Part shown: positions 58,687 to 64,000 of the stretch, piece by piece | How the letters are laid out: each line of letters opens with the position of its first letter | Numbering within the stretch: the first letter of the stretch is position 1 | Assembly: GCA_018649725.1 (NCBI GenBank) | Contig: JABIHH010000046.1 | Span: forward strand, 24,508-88,507 | Source of the DNA: Rhodospirillaceae bacterium | GTDB taxonomy: Bacteria; Pseudomonadota; Alphaproteobacteria; Rhodospirillales; UBA2165 | Direction of reading: 5' to 3' | Length of the DNA: 64,000 nucleotides | The notes under the pieces: generated by a model | Databases searched by the model: none | What the model was told of the DNA's origin: nothing | The model's input: only the letters and a program-made list of their open reading frames with translations | Program-made: the position numbers and the translations under genes

Positions 58687-59901
58687 CTATTTTTTGAAAG
58701 CGTCGCGTTCCAGCAACCAGGAGGTCGCAAGGCCAAACACCAGCCCCCAAAAGGGCGCGCCGATGTTGAATAAGGATTGGTCGACGACCGTGACCAAAAA
58801 TGACACCAGGGCACCGAGACTGAAATTCCCACCAAAAGAAACAACGAAAGAGTTTTGCAGCACGCGCAGCAAAGCCAGGCCGGCGAGTGTTGCGATAAAG
58901 GCCGGGGGTGCCGCAAGCATCAGCTTGGTAAAGAGCGGTGCGTAGGCGCCAAACAGAATAGCCAAAATCCCGATTGCCAGGGCGGCGATATAGTGCTGAT
59001 GCTTTTCGCCGCTACTGGAAAGAATAGCATTGACCGGGCCCGTCAGACAGGTAGAAACCGCGCCAAAAGCAGCCGTAATGATAGAACCGGCACCGCAAAC
59101 GGCGGTGATGGTGTTCACCGGTGGATTGTGGCCCTTGGCACTCAGGATCGCGATGCCTTGAGCGTTTTGTGCCGCTAATACAGTGACTGCGAGGGGCACG
59201 ACCAGCTCGAAGATTGCGGCCCAGGAGAACTCTGGAACATAAACGCTGGGAGCCGCCATTGAGGTGTTAAGTGTGCCTTCCGGCGCAAAGGAACCTGTCG
59301 CCCAAACGGCAATTATGCCGACGACCAAGACACCAATCATCGGCGGAAAACGTGCGGCAATCTTGGCGTTAAAGGAGAGCAGAATAAACGCCGCCGTCAT
59401 CGGGGCGGCAATGAGCGGTGTCTCACCTATGGCTTTAATCCAATCGATGCCGAATTGCAGAAAGACACCGGCGACCATTGCCATAATGATCGGCATCGGC
59501 AGCAGCGCCATAATTTTTTTAACCCAGCCGCTTAAACCCAGAATCAACAGCAGAAGACCGGTGACAAAAAAGGCGCCAATAACTTCCGGAAAACTAAGAT
59601 GGCCCAAAGCCGGGCCGACCAGAACCGTGCCGGGGATGGTCCAGAAAAAGGACAGGGGCTGGCGATAAAGTAGCGAGATGATCATGCTCAGAACGCCATT
59701 GACTGCAAAGCCGCCAAAAATCCAGGACGCCATGTCAGCTTCGCTCAAACCTCCCTTGATGCCGACGCCAAGTACAATGGCAACCGGCGCAGAAGCGGCG
59801 AACAGGAAGGCGATCACGGCATTGCTGATATGGGTGAGGGAGGTGTCACCAGCAATTGCCTTTAAACTCGGAACGGGTCGCTGGATTGGCTCTAAGTGCA
59901 C
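58687..59901 (-). CDS. benE: Benzoate/H+ symporter family membrane protein (BenE-like)
   Basis: The roughly 400-aa polytopic product begins SLKAIAGDTSLTHISNAVIAFLFAASAPVAIV. I chose the start at GTG 59899-59901 because the ORF-track extension to 60087 is translated from a palindromic repeat. Confidence 0.7.
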   Translation of the reverse strand: MHLEPIQRPVPSLKAIAGDTSLTHISNAVIAFLFAASAPVAIVLGVGIKGGLSEADMASWIFGGFAVNGVLSMIISLLYRQPLSFFWTIPGTVLVGPALGHLSFPEVIGAFFVTGLLLLILGLSGWVKKIMALLPMPIIMAMVAGVFLQFGIDWIKAIGETPLIAAPMTAAFILLSFNAKIAARFPPMIGVLVVGIIAVWATGSFAPEGTLNTSMAAPSVYVPEFSWAAIFELVVPLAVTVLAAQNAQGIAILSAKGHNPPVNTITAVCGAGSIITAAFGAVSTCLTGPVNAILSSSGEKHQHYIAALAIGILAILFGAYAPLFTKLMLAAPPAFIATLAGLALLRVLQNSFVVSFGGNFSLGALVSFLVTVVDQSLFNIGAPFWGLVFGLATSWLLERDAFKK

Positions 59902-59943
59902 GTTAAGTCCTTTTGTTGTTTGCCGATTGGGGCATTTACAAGT

Positions 59944-60047
59944 CCCCCCACCCCAACCCTCCCCCTCAAGGAGGGAGGGGGTTATTGTTGCACGGTATTT
60001 AATCCACTTCTCCCTCCCTCCTTGAGGGGGAGGGTTGGGGTGGGGGG
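59944..60047. repeat. 104-bp composite palindromic element: perfect 36-bp inverted repeats, each with its own internal hairpin, around a 32-bp AT-richer spacer
   Basis: 59944-59979 (CCCCCCACCCCAACCCTCCCCCTCAAGGAGGGAGGG) is the exact reverse complement of 60012-60047. Confidence 0.9.
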
Positions 60048-60105
60048 TATCGGGATTATAAGCAATATGCGCTCGGTAAAAAAGCACCAGATATTGAAGC
60101 CAGGA

Positions 60106-62274
60106 TTATTCTGCGAGTTCACCTGCGACAACATTGCTGACTTTGCAGAGCAGCGCACGGAGCTGATAGGTGCCCATTTGCGGATCGAAGGGCGGCTTGA
60201 CGCTGGTTAGCACGTTGGCATTGGACTTCCAGACGCCGTAATCGGGAGCCGGGTCTTCCGGGAACCACCAGCCGAACTCGGTGTTAATGACACGCGGGTT
60301 GATGCCGTTGGTGACTTTGGCGATTTGGCGGATCTTGCCGCGCGCCGTTTCAATCCACATCCAGGCTCCGTCGGTAATGCCAAACTGAGCGGCGGTAGCG
60401 GGGTGAATTTCGCAGGTGGGCTGTTTAGCGCCCTTACGGCACGACTTTACCTGGCGGCCCTCGGAATTAAAGAAAAACGGATTGCGTCCACCGGTCGTTA
60501 AGATCAGCGGAAAGTCTTTGGCCAGTTCAGGTGTCGAGAGCGGGCTTTCCGGTGGCTCGGCGTAGGATGGCAGCGGATCGTAGCCCATTTCTTCTAGCCG
60601 TGTTGAGTAAAGCTCAAGCTTGCCGGTCGGCGTGTTGAAACCATCTGCTTCGTACTTGCGGTAAGTGATCGGCATTTGATGAAAGCCAACTTGCTTGATA
60701 TCTTCAAAACTCAAGCCGGAGCCACCTGCCTGCATCTGCTGTTCGTAAACTTCTTCAGGTGTTTCGGTGCCGACATCGAGATTAAGACGGCGGGCGAGGG
60801 CTGAGAATATCTCTTCATCTGATTTGCATTCATGGGTCCGAACGGCTTGTTGGTTGGCCGCGATGACATTACCGGCGATGGTCGGCAGGCCGCAAACTTC
60901 ATTAATCTCCGGCCAAAAGGCAGCGGGCAGAACAATATCGGCGAGCGCGGCCGTCGGTGTCATGAAGATGTCCGTATTGACCATGAAATCCAATTTCATC
61001 AGGCTTTCATAGACCGTCTTACTGTCGCCGTAAGTCGTTAGTGTATTATTGCCGAAAATAAGAAACGCTTTAACGGGATAAGGTTCACCCGTCCGCATCG
61101 CTTGCAGCACGGTTGGAATATGGGCGGCTGGGAGAGCAGCTCCTTCGCCGCACAGCATTTTAAAATTCTCAAAGCCCAGACGCTTGGCATTTTGTTCAGG
61201 TGATAGATTTTCGATTAAACTCGGCACGGGCCCGAGGCCATGCATGCCGAACACCCAACCCCCCGGCACGTCAATATTGCCGGTGATCGACGGGATGAGG
61301 GACACCGCTCGGACGGTTTGGATGCAATTTGGGGTTTGTTCCAAGGCGACGCCCCATTCCATCAGGGCGGGCTTGATGGTGGCAAACATGCGGGCGGCTT
61401 CGCGGATTTTTCCGGCGGGCACCCAGGTGATCTCTTCGGCCCATTCCGGCGTCAGGTCAGTAACACGCTCGGCCAGGGCGTCAAAGCCATGGGTGTAGCC
61501 GGTGACAAAATCCGTATCTTCGAGACCTTCGTTGATAATGACATGGATCATCGCGAGGGCCAGAGCATCATCCGTGCCGGGGCGAAGTTACAGCCAGAGA
61601 TCGGCTTTTTTGGCGAGGAAGGTCTCGCGCGGATCAATGACAATGGTTTTGGGATTGTTTTTAAAGGCGTCGCGCGCGTTAAAACGGGTTTCACCATCAG
61701 GGCCGGAATTCAGCGGCTGGTGCCCCCAAAAACAAATACATTCTGCTGGTGTGGGCCCAAGAAAATCACTGACCGGAAAGTCGCCCATGGTTTGGGTACA
61801 GGCATTGACGCGGGGGTGGAAACATTGCGCAAAGCCGGGCTCACTCCAATTGGGGCTGCCAAAAGCAAACGCAAAGCGTGAGACCCAGCGGATGTGATGG
61901 CGGCCGGTGCCAGTGCCGAGATGCACCGCTTCCGCGCCAAACTCATTTTTTATGGCCGTAAGTTTGTCAGCGATTTCGCCCAGCGCATCATCCCACGATA
62001 AGCGTTCCCACTCGCCGGACCCGCGTTCGCCCTTGCGGCGCATCGGATACTTAAGGCGGTCCGGGTGATAAACCATTTCTCGCGTCGCATTGCCGATCGG
62101 GCAGAGACGGCCCTGGTTGAAGGGACTATCGGGGTCGCCCTCCACTTTGACGAGGGTGTCGTCTTTCACATGCAACAACGTGCCGCAACCACCATGGCAG
62201 CTCCGGCAGACACTTTTAAGGACTTTGGTGTCCACTGAATAAATTTCTGGTTTGGGTTCTGCAAACTGATCCAT
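60106..62274 (-). pseudogene. Molybdopterin (bis-MGD) oxidoreductase of the DMSO reductase superfamily, interrupted by one in-frame TAA
   Basis: The N-terminal 4Fe-4S motif is CRSCHGGCGTLLHV...C. ORFs 61588..62274 and 60106..61551 are in the same frame, and TAA at 61588-61590 sits inside the conserved ADLWL-x-LRPGTDDAL motif. Confidence 0.8.
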
Positions 62275-62343
62275 CCACCAAAAATAGCAAATTGGATTCG
62301 GATTGGAATTGATGCCCGTTAAGTCATAGCTCGATGGATTTAT

Positions 62344-62730
62344 TTACTGTTCTAAGGCTCCAAGCCATTGGATTGCTTCTTCGGGCGACGTAAATAATAA
62401 ATGGTCCCGCCCACGATAGCTATTGGCCAATTCAGAGTACAACTTTCCGATTGTCGTTGAAGAAAAACCCTCATTTGGAATGATCACAGTCTTGCCCTTT
62501 TCTTCATCGCCTATTTCTGCTTGTAGGGCAATATTCTTCAGCTCCTCCGCCGATAAGTCAATTTCTATGACTTTTCGATAATCAAATATTCTATGGAAGT
62601 GAGGTTGGAAATCAGGGTCGATCAAAAGATCATTATAATAAGCGAGTATTTCCTTGAAATTCAGAACACCATCCGCCGTGGCAATAACAGCGTTTAATTC
62701 TGGTTTAATTAGATAGTTTATTGTCATCAA
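62344..62730 (-). CDS. Hypothetical 128-aa protein with visibly lower GC
   Basis: This is a clean ORF. I could not assign a family; a possible STAS-like fold is only a guess. Confidence 0.45.
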   Translation of the reverse strand: MMTINYLIKPELNAVIATADGVLNFKEILAYYNDLLIDPDFQPHFHRIFDYRKVIEIDLSAEELKNIALQAEIGDEEKGKTVIIPNEGFSSTTIGKLYSELANSYRGRDHLLFTSPEEAIQWLGALEQ

Positions 62731-62791
62731 ATCTTACCTGAAATATTGATGTTCAGAATATCCGATGCACCTTTTAAAACAAAGTAAGAAA

Positions 62792-64000
62792 TCAAAGTGC
62801 TTTTCGCCATTTAAACCAAATCAGGGTGGTAACCGCGATGCCAAGGGCGACATAGAGATTAACGGTGCCTTGGAAGCCAATGACATTGATGAAATAACTG
62901 GTTCCCATCAGGCCAATGGGCACACCGTAAATCGCCAAAATACGAACGCCGATCACCCGGCCGCGCATGTGTTTTTCAAGCTGGCCCACCAGAATAACCG
63001 ACATCGAGACCATGCCAAGGGCATGAACAATGCCCATCACAAACAGCGAGATGAGGCCATTGAATTTGTCGCCCATCGCCGCGAAGACGGCCAGCATGAC
63101 GTACCATAGTAGAATGTTTGAGAGCATAAATTTGGTTGAGTGGGTGCGGGCACCGGCGACCGCGATGATCGTTGATCCAATCATAGCGCCGAATGAAAAA
63201 GTCGCGATCATATGACCGAGCCCGATCTCAGTGATGAGATAAACCTCTTTGGCAACATAAGGCAGCAGTCCCCGAATGATTGGAAAGGCCGTGAGATTGG
63301 TGATCACAGCGAGTGCCATAATGGCCAATACAGCGGGTGTACTCCAAATGTAGGCGATGCCCTCTTTGAAATCCTTCCACTGGGAGGACTTTGCGAGAAT
63401 TGCTTTGGTGGCGTAATCATGCGTGTTGGTAACACCGAAGCTTAGTAAAAAGGCCAATAGATAGACAGCGCTCACCAAGATATAAGCATAGGCTATGCCG
63501 AGTGCTTCAAAAATACCGGCACCGACCAGGGCACCAAATACGCGGGCTGAATCCATTGAAATCCGGGTCAGGCCGAGTGCGTTGGCGAGACTGCTTTGAG
63601 GGACCGTATCACCAACCAGCGCTTGCCGCATAACCATATCGGAAGGCCGTAACATGCCGTTCAAAAGTGCCAGCACCAGGACCCAGCTGGGGGTCAATTG
63701 ATCCAAGAAGGCCAAGGTCATGAGGCCTAAGGCTAGTACGACAAAGATCGCGCGCATGGTGCAGAAGACAATTTTACGGCCTAAGCGGTCGCCCATAACG
63801 CCCAGCCAAGGGGCGATCAAGGTGCCCATAAATTGCAGGGAGCCAAAGGCCGTGAGCCAAAAAACAGATTCCGTTTCGACCAGGATGTACCAGCCGAGAA
63901 TAAGGGTTTCCATCTCAAACGCCCAATTGGCGCAGACATCAGCTGGCCACTGAAACCGATAGCTCCGGACTTTAAAAGCGATGAGAGGCGCAAATTCGCG
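62792..64000 (-). CDS. MFS transporter; the 5' end lies outside the window
   Basis: The product is polytopic, with GDRLGRK in the loop 2-3 position. The reading frame stays open upstream of Met63913 to the window edge (REFAPLIAFKVRSYRFQWPADVCANWAFE...). Confidence 0.8.
   Translation of the reverse strand, partial: REFAPLIAFKVRSYRFQWPADVCANWAFEMETLILGWYILVETESVFWLTAFGSLQFMGTLIAPWLGVMGDRLGRKIVFCTMRAIFVVLALGLMTLAFLDQLTPSWVLVLALLNGMLRPSDMVMRQALVGDTVPQSSLANALGLTRISMDSARVFGALVGAGIFEALGIAYAYILVSAVYLLAFLLSFGVTNTHDYATKAILAKSSQWKDFKEGIAYIWSTPAVLAIMALAVITNLTAFPIIRGLLPYVAKEVYLITEIGLGHMIATFSFGAMIGSTIIAVAGARTHSTKFMLSNILLWYVMLAVFAAMGDKFNGLISLFVMGIVHALGMVSMSVILVGQLEKHMRGRVIGVRILAIYGVPIGLMGTSYFINVIGFQGTVNLYVALGIAVTTLIWFKWRKAL

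Noticed and set aside
59902-60087. N-terminal 62-aa extension of the benE ORF (MLFYRAHIAYNPDTPHPNPPPQGGREKW...EGEGWGGG)
   Set aside because: The extension is the literal translation of the 104-bp palindromic repeat. The transporter-like sequence begins only after GTG 59901.
61588-61590. Selenocysteine or other recoding as the explanation for the in-frame stop in the Mo oxidoreductase
   Set aside because: The codon is TAA, not TGA, and it does not sit at the Mo-ligand Cys/Sec position. Pseudogene or sequencing error is more parsimonious.

Overview
The window looks like a chromosomal segment of an alphaproteobacterium, judged by gene content and order only: split gcvP, ffs-dnaX-ybaB-recR, atpHAGDC, thrS-infC, a MoxR/DUF58/BatA-type operon and yejABEF. 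I support about 60 protein genes, one SRP RNA, several Rho-independent terminators and three families of palindromic intergenic repeats. I saw no tRNA, rRNA, CRISPR array, transposase or phage integrase. Most of the window is housekeeping, and three patches look accessory. (1) 1.1-5.7 kb is the best candidate for a new system. It holds a 759-aa protein that combines a glycine zipper, a long low-complexity region, an intact 127-aa Hint (intein-like) self-processing module and an unassigned 133-aa C-terminal domain. A cupin-like gene follows it tightly. Two AT-rich paralogous 80-aa two-TM genes precede it, and their junction with the 5' end of the big gene has been duplicated, leaving a truncated 34-codon copy. 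(2) 16.2-19.4 kb is a region of visibly lower GC with an orphan 250-aa gene and a PAS-GAF histidine kinase. It is bracketed by a decayed partial copy of the infC 3' end with its terminator on one side and the real infC on the other. (3) 57.5-64 kb carries a Rieske oxygenase, BenE, a molybdopterin oxidoreductase broken by a single in-frame TAA, a small orphan gene and an MFS transporter. All family assignments come from reading motifs in the translations; no database search was possible.
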